A stretch of 31,187 bases of DNA from Bergeyella sp. (GTDB taxonomy: Bacteria; Bacteroidota; Bacteroidia; Flavobacteriales; Weeksellaceae): positions 1-31,187 of the forward strand of contig JAYRQH010000342.1 of NCBI GenBank assembly GCA_041910715.1. The letters run 5' to 3'. Position numbers and translations under genes: made by a program. The notes beneath the pieces were generated by a model. That model searched no databases. It was not told where the DNA came from and saw nothing but the letters and a program-made list of their open reading frames with translations. Each line of letters starts with the position of its first letter. Within the stretch, counting starts at the first letter, position 1. Below, in pieces: positions 18,079-26,686 of this stretch.

Positions 18079-19038
18079 CTAACGATACCGGTACCCTCGC
18101 GTATTGATAAAATTTGGAATATTATAGCCTAAACTTAGCATAAAACTGTTTCCTCCATAGGTTTGGATATCACTCATACCAATATTATAACTGGCACCGA
18201 AGGTAAGTCGGTTGACACGTCCTTTAATCAGAGGGGAAATACTCAACTGTTGGCTCCCGATATGATCTTTTGCAGTCCTGAAACTAACGCCCGCAGCAAA
18301 CATATTTTCGTCGCTGTATACTTTACCTATCAGATTCAGGTCTAGAATGCGTGATGAGTTGGTATTCAAATTTAGTAGAATGGAGGGCTCAACTGAAATA
18401 CCTTCCGATATTTCGTAATCGTAGCCTGCGTTCAAAATATATTTGGTGGGTGACGGCTCAATACCGTTCACAATCGGAATATCATTAGACAAAGGAATAT
18501 CTAAGATAGAAACCCCTGCAAAAAAATTGCTGTATGTAGCTTGCAATCCCAAATTAGCATACGCTATAAAAATCGAATTGGAACCCTCATACAACGCTGG
18601 GTCGTTTGGGTCCTGCGGATTAAGCATCGTATAGTCAATATTCATATTATAAAAATTGACATTGGTACCAAATGAAAATTGATTCTTTCGCTCATCATCC
18701 TCTCCTATCGGAATAAAGTAGGAAGCTCCCGCTGTAATTCCATTCGCTGAAACGGGTCCGTTTTGGTCTCTAAAAAACGAAATTCCTGCTCCTACACGAT
18801 CAAAAACATTGGCATGAATGCCAACCGATTGCACGTTGGGAGATTCATCAAATTTAGAAAACTGCTTTTGATAATTCCCATTAACTACAACATCATCATT
18901 TTCACCATAAAATGCAGGATTGATCAGAAACTTTCCATCCAACAAATACTGCTGATAAATCGGAAGTGTTTCTTGTGCAGCGACTGACACAAATGCTGAG
19001 AGTGATAGAAGGTAGAAAAGTTTTTTCACAGAATCCAT
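18079..19038 (-). CDS. PorP/SprF family type IX secretion system outer-membrane protein
   Basis: Signal peptide, YQQYLLDGKFLINPAFYG, NYQKQF...SPNVQ and C-terminal GASYNIGMSDI...SFMLSLGY beta-barrel pattern. TATATTTG at 19047..19054. Confidence 0.85.
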   Translation of the reverse strand: MDSVKKLFYLLSLSAFVSVAAQETLPIYQQYLLDGKFLINPAFYGENDDVVVNGNYQKQFSKFDESPNVQSVGIHANVFDRVGAGISFFRDQNGPVSANGITAGASYFIPIGEDDERKNQFSFGTNVNFYNMNIDYTMLNPQDPNDPALYEGSNSIFIAYANLGLQATYSNFFAGVSILDIPLSNDIPIVNGIEPSPTKYILNAGYDYEISEGISVEPSILLNLNTNSSRILDLNLIGKVYSDENMFAAGVSFRTAKDHIGSQQLSISPLIKGRVNRLTFGASYNIGMSDIQTYGGNSFMLSLGYNIPNFINTRGYRYR

Positions 19039-19066
19039 TTATAAAGCAAATATAGAAAAATTACTT

Positions 19067-20131
19067 TTAGTTGTTTGCCAAATATTTACGCCAACGTTCT
19101 ACAGCATTTACCATATCTTCTGGCATTGGACTTTCAAAGTACATCTCCTTTTTCGTCACAGGATGGATGAAGCCTAACGTATGTGCATGCAATGCATGAC
19201 GCGGCAGAACATCAAATACATTTTGGATAAACTGTTTGTATTTAGGCATATTAATTCCACGTAGAATCACATGGCCTTCATATCGCTCGTCGTTGAACAA
19301 CGTATGACCAATATGTTTGAAATGCGCCCGAATTTGATGCGTCCGCCCCGTTTCTAGTTTACACTCTACCCAAGTCATGTATCGAAATCGCTCGAGTACT
19401 TTATAATGCGTTACGGCATGTTTGCCATGGCTCCCATCTTCATAAACAGCCATCTGCATTCGGTTTTTCATATGTCGTCCGATATGCCCAGCAATAGTTC
19501 CTTGGTCTTCGGCAACATTTCCCCACACAAAAGCCCAGTAAAGCCGACTTGTTTTACGGTCGTAGAATTGTTTTGCTAAATAACTTAATGCATATTCGTT
19601 TTTTGCAATGACCAATAATCCGGAAGTATCTTTATCAATGCGATGTACTAAGCCAATACGATCCAAATCGGTTTTTAATCCATTTTGCTCAAAATGATAT
19701 GCTAAGGCATTTACCAAAGTTCCGTCCCAATTTCCAAATCCTGGATGCACGACCATTCCTGGTTTTTTATCAACAACCAAAACATCATCGTCTTCATACA
19801 CAATATCGATTGGAATATTCTGTGGAATGATGACATTTTCGCGTGGCGGATGTGCTAGGAGAACCGAAATTTCATCGCCTGGTTTTACGCGATAATTTTG
19901 CTTTACTGCGGTACCGTTTACAATCACATTACCAGCCCGGCATGTTTGTGAAATTTTATTCCGAGACGAGTTTTGACGGTATATCTGCAAAAACTTGTCA
20001 ATTCGTAGTGGTTCTTGCTTTTTATCAACGGTAATATTAAGATGTTCGAAAAGACCCGCCGTTTCATCCTCAATTTGAGACTCGACTTGTTGCAAATCGT
20101 CTTCGAATAAATCCTCGTTTAAATCTTCCAT
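19067..20131 (-). CDS. rluD: RluA-family (RluD-like) 23S rRNA pseudouridine synthase
   Basis: S4-like LRIDKFL, catalytic HRIDKDTSGL and GRTHQIRAH. Start is probably ATG 20131. Confidence 0.88.
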   Translation of the reverse strand: MEDLNEDLFEDDLQQVESQIEDETAGLFEHLNITVDKKQEPLRIDKFLQIYRQNSSRNKISQTCRAGNVIVNGTAVKQNYRVKPGDEISVLLAHPPRENVIIPQNIPIDIVYEDDDVLVVDKKPGMVVHPGFGNWDGTLVNALAYHFEQNGLKTDLDRIGLVHRIDKDTSGLLVIAKNEYALSYLAKQFYDRKTSRLYWAFVWGNVAEDQGTIAGHIGRHMKNRMQMAVYEDGSHGKHAVTHYKVLERFRYMTWVECKLETGRTHQIRAHFKHIGHTLFNDERYEGHVILRGINMPKYKQFIQNVFDVLPRHALHAHTLGFIHPVTKKEMYFESPMPEDMVNAVERWRKYLANN

Positions 20132-20139
20132 AATCTGAC

Positions 20140-20168
20140 AAAAAAGCTTCAACATGATGTTGAAGCTT
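20140..20168 (-). terminator. Strong hairpin AAGCTTCAACA-TCA-TGTTGAAGCTT plus T-tract after the PASTA gene
   Basis: Perfect 11-bp stem at 20144..20168, followed by a T run on the minus strand. Confidence 0.7.
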
Positions 20169-20182
20169 GCTTTATTTTTATG

Positions 20183-21226
20183 CTACTCTACGACTACCTT
20201 TTTCACTTTCGGCTTCTCCTCAGTTTTAGGTTTTTCCGTTGTCTTTGGCTTTGCGGCTCCCGAACTAGCAGTCGCAGTCGGTGTTGTCGTTTTAGGTTTT
20301 TCTTTTTCCTGCGTAGGTGCTGGGGTTGGCGTCGGCTTCGGCGTTACTGGCTTTGGCACTGGTGGTGCAACCGGCTCGGGATAAAAGATTTCTTCTTCAT
20401 AGCGAATTGGCGGTAACGTAGTATCCACCTTCATTCGATAGATATTGTTAAGATTGCGAATCTGCGCAGACATTTGCCCAGGCGTTTTTTTACTGGCCCA
20501 GAGGTCTATCTGATTGCCTTGATCTCGCAGCGCGCCTCCTTCCGGATCTTGGTAATAAATAATATCGGACTTATCGCCTTTTCCGTCTTCAAATTCAACC
20601 AATCCAACTTCAAAAAGATTTTGTACGATAATTCGCTCAGCTTCGGCAACGGTTAAACCAACCACATTTGGTACAGGAACATTTCGCTTTGGCCCTGTTC
20701 CAATAATTAAATCAATCACCGAAAATCGTGGAACCTGAACTCCAGGCTTAAGAACTTGGCCATTCATCTGCATCCGAATCACGGCATCTCTCGCAATATT
20801 AGGCTCAAAAATAGTGTCTCCAACCTTTAAACCCAACTGCTCTAGTTGTCTAAATGCTAAACCTTTATATCGATCTAAAATATCAGGAACCGTAACTTTC
20901 GCCCACGATCGTGGATTAACCGTGATTCGAATAGGTCTTCCTTCTTTTACTCGCGAACCGGGCTTAGGATAGATCCCTAAAACCTGGAATGGTTTGAACT
21001 TTGGGTTAAACTGCAAACTATCAACTTCATAACTTAGTCCCGCATCTTCAATTGCATTAATTGCGTTGTGCACCGACATATTCATGACGTTAGGAACCGG
21101 AATTTCTTCCCCATGCTTGGTATGATATTCCAACCAACGGAATGTAAGCCAAATTAGACCAACAAAGACAACCGCGGCAAGAAGTATGTTTAATAGAACT
21201 TTCCAGTTGAAAAATGATTTTAACAT
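20183..21226 (-). CDS. PASTA domain-containing membrane protein (3 PASTA-like repeats plus a Pro/Thr/Lys-rich tail)
   Basis: N-terminal TM helix, then repeats starting IPVPNVMNM, VTVPDILDR and VPVPNVVGL. Start ATG 21226, after TATATTTG at 21252..21259. Confidence 0.88.
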   Translation of the reverse strand: MLKSFFNWKVLLNILLAAVVFVGLIWLTFRWLEYHTKHGEEIPVPNVMNMSVHNAINAIEDAGLSYEVDSLQFNPKFKPFQVLGIYPKPGSRVKEGRPIRITVNPRSWAKVTVPDILDRYKGLAFRQLEQLGLKVGDTIFEPNIARDAVIRMQMNGQVLKPGVQVPRFSVIDLIIGTGPKRNVPVPNVVGLTVAEAERIIVQNLFEVGLVEFEDGKGDKSDIIYYQDPEGGALRDQGNQIDLWASKKTPGQMSAQIRNLNNIYRMKVDTTLPPIRYEEEIFYPEPVAPPVPKPVTPKPTPTPAPTQEKEKPKTTTPTATASSGAAKPKTTEKPKTEEKPKVKKVVVE

Positions 21227-21343
21227 AGAATAAAATCTTAAAATGCAATGGCAAATATAACCAATAATTTTAGAAATTAATTTTACGAAGAAAACTTTAA
21301 CAATGAACAAAATGTTTAATTTTGCCTCAAACCCTTCCTAAAA

Positions 21344-22330
21344 ATGAGCAAAAAAAATGTGGCCGTAATTATGGGCGGCTATTCGGACGAATATAAAGTA
21401 TCCTTAAAAAGTGGACAACTAATCTACGACTCGCTTGACAGGGAACTTTACAATGTTTACAAGGTCGTTATTTTAAAAGACGAATGGTATCTTCTGGACG
21501 ATAATAATGAAAAGAAGGAGATCGACAAAGGAGATTTTTCAGTGAACATGGGTACGAACGAAAATCTAAAATTTGATGTTTGCTTCAACATCATCCATGG
21601 CAGACCGGGTGAAAATGGCGAATTGCAAGCCTATTGGGATACGATCGGACAAAAATACACTGGATGCGGTTTTTATCAAAGTGCGCTAACCTTTAATAAG
21701 AAAGATACTTTAGCGGTTCTTTCAAAATACGGAATTCCATCGGCAAAAAGTGTCTATTTAAGAAAAGGCGACACTATTAATACTCAAGAAATTTTAAATG
21801 AACTGGGCTTACCTGTTTTTGTGAAACCAAACCAAAGCGGATCATCGCTCGGAATCTCAAAGGTAAAAGACATTTCAGAAATGGATCATGCCTTAGAATA
21901 CGCTTTTGCGGAGGATGACGAGATTTTAATTGAAAGTTTCCTTTCAGGAATGGAGGTCTCTGTTGGAGTGATTGATTACAAGGGCGAAACCATTGTATTG
22001 GGAATTACCGAAATTGTTCCGAAAAATGAATTTTTTGATTACGAAGCCAAATACGAGGGAGCTTCCGAAGAAATTACCCCTGCCCGATTAGAGGACGCCA
22101 CAAGAATAAAAGTGGAAGAAATCGCTAAAAAGACGTATAATGCGCTCGGTATGGTTGGTTTTTCACGAAGTGAATACATCATCATGAACGGAACACCCTA
22201 TTTATTGGAAATGAACACCAATCCTGGATTTTCTCCAGCAAGCATACTTCCTCAACAAGCTAAGATTTACGGAATTTCCATCCAAGATTTGTGCGGAAAC
22301 GAAGTTGAGAAAGCATTAACGAAAAACTAA
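21344..22330 (+). CDS. ddl: D-alanine--D-alanine ligase
   Basis: GGYSDEYKVSLKSG, HGRPGENG, VKPNQSGSSLG, FFDYEAKY and LEMNTNPG. TAATTTTG at 21317..21324. Confidence 0.97.
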   Translation: MSKKNVAVIMGGYSDEYKVSLKSGQLIYDSLDRELYNVYKVVILKDEWYLLDDNNEKKEIDKGDFSVNMGTNENLKFDVCFNIIHGRPGENGELQAYWDTIGQKYTGCGFYQSALTFNKKDTLAVLSKYGIPSAKSVYLRKGDTINTQEILNELGLPVFVKPNQSGSSLGISKVKDISEMDHALEYAFAEDDEILIESFLSGMEVSVGVIDYKGETIVLGITEIVPKNEFFDYEAKYEGASEEITPARLEDATRIKVEEIAKKTYNALGMVGFSRSEYIIMNGTPYLLEMNTNPGFSPASILPQQAKIYGISIQDLCGNEVEKALTKN

Positions 22331-22377
22331 AATTGAGTTATTAGCCCCTACTAATTCATGATTTATAAATTTTAAGA

Positions 22378-22836
22378 ATGAGAATTGCTGTTTTTCCTGG
22401 ATCGTTTGATCCTATCACCTTAGGCCATTACGACATTATTGAACGAGCGGCTCCTTTGTTTGATAAATTAATTATCGCTATTGGACAAAATTCGCAAAAA
22501 AAATACATGTTCCCTCTTGAGCAACGCATGGATTTCATCCAGAAGGCAGTAGTTAATTTTCCAACGGTTGAAGTTGATTTTTTTGAAGGATTAACTGTGG
22601 ATTATTGTCTTAGCAAAAACGCGCAATTTATTTTGCGAGGACTACGCAATCCTGCCGATTTCGAATTTGAAAAAGCCATCGCTCATACCAACAGAACGCT
22701 GGCGCATAAAAAAATTGAGACGGTATTTTTGCTTACCTCATCAGGTAAATCGTTTATCAGCAGCAGTATCGTTCGCGAGATCATCACACACAAAGGCGAA
22801 TATCAACTTTTGGTACCTGATTCTGTACGAGTATAA
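22378..22836 (+). CDS. coaD: Phosphopantetheine adenylyltransferase
   Basis: FPGSFDPITLGH (HxGH-like), RGLRNPADFEFE and ISSSIVRE. Confidence 0.97.
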   Translation: MRIAVFPGSFDPITLGHYDIIERAAPLFDKLIIAIGQNSQKKYMFPLEQRMDFIQKAVVNFPTVEVDFFEGLTVDYCLSKNAQFILRGLRNPADFEFEKAIAHTNRTLAHKKIETVFLLTSSGKSFISSSIVREIITHKGEYQLLVPDSVRV

Positions 22837-22892
22837 AATCTAGGGTTCGTGGCATCTTTTCGAGGTTTCCGAGCCCGAATAAATACAAATTT

Positions 22893-23531
22893 ATGGTGCA
22901 CGAACAATTCAATTTAGCTATTGAAATTTTAGGAACAATTTCCTTCTCCATGTCGGGAAGTTTTGCTGCTATGCAAAAGCGTTTGGATCCTTTCGGTGTC
23001 CTACTTATCGCTTTTATCACGTCTGTTGGCGGCGGTACTGTGAGAGACCTTCTCTTGGATGTTCCTGTATTCTGGATGCACGATCTTAGAATGTGTATTT
23101 TGATTTTGGCGACGTCTATTTTTGCTATGGTTTTCAAATCCATAGAGCGCAACTTTAAGGTCACCTTATTTATATTCGACAGCTTTGGATTGGGGCTATT
23201 TACTATTATTGGCGTACAAAAAGGAATCAATGCAGACCTTCACCCATTAATTTGTATCATATTAGGAACCATTACCGGTATTTTTGGAGGTATCATCCGA
23301 GATATTCTCTTAAATCGAATACCACTTATTTTTCGAAAGGAAATTTACGCTACCGCCTGCATCATTGGTGGAAGCGCATTTTTGCTGATGGTTAATTTTA
23401 CTCGGTTATCTTATACATTTGTCCAAATATTCACCATATTGCTAATTGTGGCAATCCGCACCCTCGCTGTGAAATACCACTGGCAGATGCCGAAATTCTA
23501 TACAAGTTCGTCACCCGATAATGAGATGTAA
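22893..23531 (+). CDS. Trimeric intracellular cation channel (TRIC/UPF0126) family membrane protein
   Basis: GTISFSMSG, D-x-FG, GGGTVRDLLL, GGIIRDILL and EIYATAC in a duplicated half-structure. Confidence 0.88.
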   Translation: MVHEQFNLAIEILGTISFSMSGSFAAMQKRLDPFGVLLIAFITSVGGGTVRDLLLDVPVFWMHDLRMCILILATSIFAMVFKSIERNFKVTLFIFDSFGLGLFTIIGVQKGINADLHPLICIILGTITGIFGGIIRDILLNRIPLIFRKEIYATACIIGGSAFLLMVNFTRLSYTFVQIFTILLIVAIRTLAVKYHWQMPKFYTSSSPDNEM

Positions 23532-23562
23532 AAAAAGCGTTCAATTTATGAACGCCTTTTTT
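23531..23562. terminator. Bidirectional intrinsic terminator
   Basis: A6-GCGTTCA-ATTTA-TGAACGC-C-T6 between convergent genes. Confidence 0.8.
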
Positions 23563-23579
23563 ATGTTTAGTAATTTTAA

Positions 23580-24149
23580 TTAGAAGAATTTCCCGCGCTG
23601 ACGCATATTTGGGTTATGCATATGTTTTTGCATTGATGGCATTTTCAGCTGATCCTTCATCATCTTTATTTGATCGGTCATCATACCGGCAGAATCCAAA
23701 CGCTTCGCTTCCTCTAGGAGTTTCTGACCTTCTTGTCTTCTTCCTTTCGAAATAGCAACAGCAGCCAAGTTTAAAGTAGCCATAGCACGATCTTGTTTCA
23801 TATTAAGACCATATTCCAATGCTTTTTTCATCAAAGGCTCCATTTTTCCCGGCTGATCTTGAGCCAAAGTCAAAGCCTGCAAATAATGGTAGTAACCGTA
23901 TTGGGATTTATGAAGTTGCGTCTTATACTTGGTAATATGCGCTAACCACTCTTGAGCTTTTTCGTTTTTCTGTTTACGTAACTGCCAAAAAGACAATAGG
24001 ATATATTCATTTTTAAAATAGAGTAATATCGGAAAGGCAGCCAAAAGGAATATAACAATACCCCATCCCCATTCTCTTGTAAAAAACATCATATAGATGC
24101 CTAAACCAATAAATAAGGCAGCGATAACTAATTTTATATTTTTATTCAT
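23580..24149 (-). CDS. Conserved Flavobacteriales membrane protein: two N-terminal TM helices plus TPR-like helices (recalled as DUF2892-annotated)
   Basis: Hydrophobic hairpin followed by helical repeats (YGYYHYLQAL, AMATLNLAAVA...LLEEAKRLD). TATCTTTG at 24169..24176. Confidence 0.7.
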   Translation of the reverse strand: MNKNIKLVIAALFIGLGIYMMFFTREWGWGIVIFLLAAFPILLYFKNEYILLSFWQLRKQKNEKAQEWLAHITKYKTQLHKSQYGYYHYLQALTLAQDQPGKMEPLMKKALEYGLNMKQDRAMATLNLAAVAISKGRRQEGQKLLEEAKRLDSAGMMTDQIKMMKDQLKMPSMQKHMHNPNMRQRGKFF

Positions 24150-24188
24150 TTTCAATAATTAACAGGTGCAAAGATAAAAATTTCTGAG

Positions 24189-24689
24189 CTATTTTTTTGG
24201 TGATTCGACACGCTCGAACGTTTGAAAACAAAAATCATAGTCGTTTTTTTCATCTTTCTCATGGCATTCTTCCGCAACTTTCTTCCAAATAGACGGTGAA
24301 ATTGCCGGAAAATACGTATCTGCATCTAGTGTTGCTTTTACCTCGGTAATTTCCAGTCGATCCGCCAAGTCAATGGTTTGTTCATAAATAGTTCCACCGC
24401 CAATGACATAAAAGTTCTCGTCTATTTTTTTGGCAAACTTTAAAGCTTCTTTCAGGCTTCCAACGATCAAAATCCCTTCTTCAAACCAATCATTCTTTGT
24501 CGAAACGACAATATTGGTACGGTTCGGAAGCGGCTTTCCAATACTCTCATACGTTTTTCTACCCATCACGACAGGATGTCCTGAAGTTATGTTTTTAAAA
24601 TGCTTTAAATCTTTGGGAAGATGCCATAGTAACTGATTATCTTTGCCTATAGCTCTGTCGGAACCCATGGCAACCACGATTGTCATCAT
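24189..24689 (-). CDS. folA: Dihydrofolate reductase
   Basis: AIGKDNQLLWHLPKDLKHFK, VMGRKTYESIGKPLPNRTNIV and VIGGGTIY. Confidence 0.97.
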   Translation of the reverse strand: MMTIVVAMGSDRAIGKDNQLLWHLPKDLKHFKNITSGHPVVMGRKTYESIGKPLPNRTNIVVSTKNDWFEEGILIVGSLKEALKFAKKIDENFYVIGGGTIYEQTIDLADRLEITEVKATLDADTYFPAISPSIWKKVAEECHEKDEKNDYDFCFQTFERVESPKK

Positions 24690-24706
24690 ATTTTTTTCTT
24701 AAATCA

Positions 24707-24734
24707 CAAATTTAGTACAATATTTGTATATTTG
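24707..24734. promoter_or_regulatory. Back-to-back -7 elements: TAAATTTG (minus, folA) and TATATTTG (plus, lemA)
   Basis: Matches at 24707..24714 and 24727..24734. Confidence 0.6.
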
Positions 24735-24768
24735 GTTTTATATAATGAAACAAAAATTCATCTAAACT

Positions 24769-25380
24769 ATGAAAAACAAAGGCTGTTTAAGCGCTACTGG
24801 AATTTTTATCTCTATTTTGGTAGTAGGTGTTATATTATTCTTTTGGGGTAAAAATGGATATAACAATTTTGTAACGAAAGAACAAAACGTAGAACAAAAG
24901 TGGTCTAACGTGCAGACCGTGTATCAGAAAAGAGCCAACTTAATTCCGAATTTGGAACGAACGGTAAAGTCGTATTCAAAATTTGAACAGGAAACATTAA
25001 CGCAAGTTGTTGAAGCTCGTGCAAAGGCTACTTCGGTAAATGTTGATCCAACCAATATGACAGAGGCAGATATGCAGAAATTCCAAGCTGCACAGGGACA
25101 ACTTTCGGGTGCTCTTGGTCGTTTAATGATGGTTATTGAAAAATATCCTGATTTGAAAGCCGATCAGCAATACACCAATTTCCAAAGAGAATATACGGCA
25201 ATTGAAAATTCAATTCGAGCGGAAACAGTTTATTTCAACGAAGCTGCAAAAGACTACAATACGACAATTAAGAAATTCCCAAATAATATTTTGGCGAATA
25301 TTACCAACTTTAAAGAAAAACCATACTTCAAAGCAGAGCAAGGAGCGGAGAAAGCCCCAGAAGTATTTACCACAGAATAA
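24769..25380 (+). CDS. lemA: LemA family protein
   Basis: N-terminal TM, YNNFV, WSNVQTVYQKRANLIPNL, EKYPDLKA and FPNNILA. Confidence 0.93.
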   Translation: MKNKGCLSATGIFISILVVGVILFFWGKNGYNNFVTKEQNVEQKWSNVQTVYQKRANLIPNLERTVKSYSKFEQETLTQVVEARAKATSVNVDPTNMTEADMQKFQAAQGQLSGALGRLMMVIEKYPDLKADQQYTNFQREYTAIENSIRAETVYFNEAAKDYNTTIKKFPNNILANITNFKEKPYFKAEQGAEKAPEVFTTE

Positions 25381-25808
25381 TGAATCCCTTTATTACAGAT
25401 ACTCAAATGGCTTCCCTTGTGGAAGCCATTCAAACAGCAGAGAGCCACTCTACTGGAGAAATCCGTATTCATATCGATTCTAACACTGTTTCAGACAACG
25501 CTCAAAAGGCTTTTGAAGTATTTAAAACACTCTGTTTGGGTAAAACGGCAAATCGAAATGCGGTTTTATTTCATGTTAATTTTGAACAAAAGTACCTGAC
25601 CATTATTGGTGACGAAGGAATTCATCACTTTGTAAAACAAGAATTCTGGGATGTTATGCATGATCAAACGACCAAATGCTTCGCGCAAGGAAACTATTTT
25701 GAAGGTTTACGAGATGCCATTCTGGAAACGGGATTAGAATTAAAAAAATACTTTCCATTTACTGGAGAGAATATCAACGAACTATCTGATGAGATTACTT
25801 TCTCTTAA
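25380..25808 (+). CDS. TPM domain protein (small, soluble)
   Basis: AIQTAESHSTGEIRIHI, RNAVLFHV and IIGDEGIH. TAATG coupling with lemA. Confidence 0.87.
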   Translation: MNPFITDTQMASLVEAIQTAESHSTGEIRIHIDSNTVSDNAQKAFEVFKTLCLGKTANRNAVLFHVNFEQKYLTIIGDEGIHHFVKQEFWDVMHDQTTKCFAQGNYFEGLRDAILETGLELKKYFPFTGENINELSDEITFS

Positions 25809-26586
25809 AAATACTTTTTTTGCGTGTTTCCTGCTTGCTTTTACTTTTGTAGAAGCGCAGTACGCTCTTCCCAAAAAACCAGATATACTCTATCCTGTTT
25901 ACGACGAGGTCGGTTTACTTTCGCAACAAGAAAAAGACCAGCTTAATTCGAAGCTAATCAAGTTCGAAGATTCCACGTCTACGGAGGTTGAAGTTATCAT
26001 TATTCCCACAACAAAGGGCGAAGATGTTAATTACGTCGCTACCATGTTTGGTGAAAAGTGGGGTATCGGTAAAAAAGGGATAGACAATGGCGTTGTATTT
26101 CTCATTGCTTATGAAGATCGCAAATTTGCCATCCAGCAAGGTCGTGCTGTTGAGCAGTATTTAACCGCGTCGGTTTCGGGCCAAATTCTCGATTATTTAG
26201 TAACTCCTCGTTTTCGAGAAGGACGTTATTATGAGGGAATTGATGCGGGAACCACAGCAATTACAGAAGCAGTTCAAGGTAAATTTAAACCACAACCTAA
26301 ACCCGAACGTTCTTCGGAAGGACCAAGCCTTTTGCAAATGATGATCATCTTTTTTGTCGTCATTATCGTTCTCTCGATATTCTTTGGCAACAACAATCGA
26401 GGTGGCGGCGGTCGATATGACGATGATGACGATGTAATTATCTCGCGACGCGGAAGAAGATCATATCCTGGAGGTTTCTTTCCATTTCCTGGAAGTTTCG
26501 GAGGTGGCGGAAGCTTTGGAGGTGGCTTTGGCGGTTTCGGCGGCGGTGGAAGTTTCGGCGGCGGCGGCGCCTCTGGAGGATGGTAA
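25789..26586 (+). CDS. TPM domain membrane protein with a Gly-rich C-terminal tail
   Basis: Signal peptide, VYDEVGLLS, WGIGKKGIDNGVVFLIA, one TM helix and GGGSFGGGGASGGW end. Confidence 0.9.
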   Translation: MRLLSLKNTFFACFLLAFTFVEAQYALPKKPDILYPVYDEVGLLSQQEKDQLNSKLIKFEDSTSTEVEVIIIPTTKGEDVNYVATMFGEKWGIGKKGIDNGVVFLIAYEDRKFAIQQGRAVEQYLTASVSGQILDYLVTPRFREGRYYEGIDAGTTAITEAVQGKFKPQPKPERSSEGPSLLQMMIIFFVVIIVLSIFFGNNNRGGGGRYDDDDDVIISRRGRRSYPGGFFPFPGSFGGGGSFGGGFGGFGGGGSFGGGGASGGW

Positions 26587-26605
26587 AGCCAATCAATTAC
26601 AATAT

Positions 26606-26632
26606 AAAAGCAGCATTCCCGCTGCTTTTTTT
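26606..26632 (+). terminator. Intrinsic terminator after lemA-TPM-TPM
   Basis: AAAAGCAGC-ATTCCC-GCTGCTTTTTTT. Confidence 0.8.
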
Positions 26633-26686
26633 ATAGGATGAATGCCTCTTTTTTTTTAATTTTGTTGAAGTCTCAACATCAATCAC

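Noticed and set aside
22784-23230. 148-aa minus-strand ORF
   Set aside because: Antisense shadow of the TRIC gene and the coaD end, with no protein-like features.
26495-26580. GGN-rich repeated DNA resembling a tandem repeat or CRISPR
   Set aside because: It simply encodes the Gly/Phe tail of the TPM protein, with no repeat-spacer structure.
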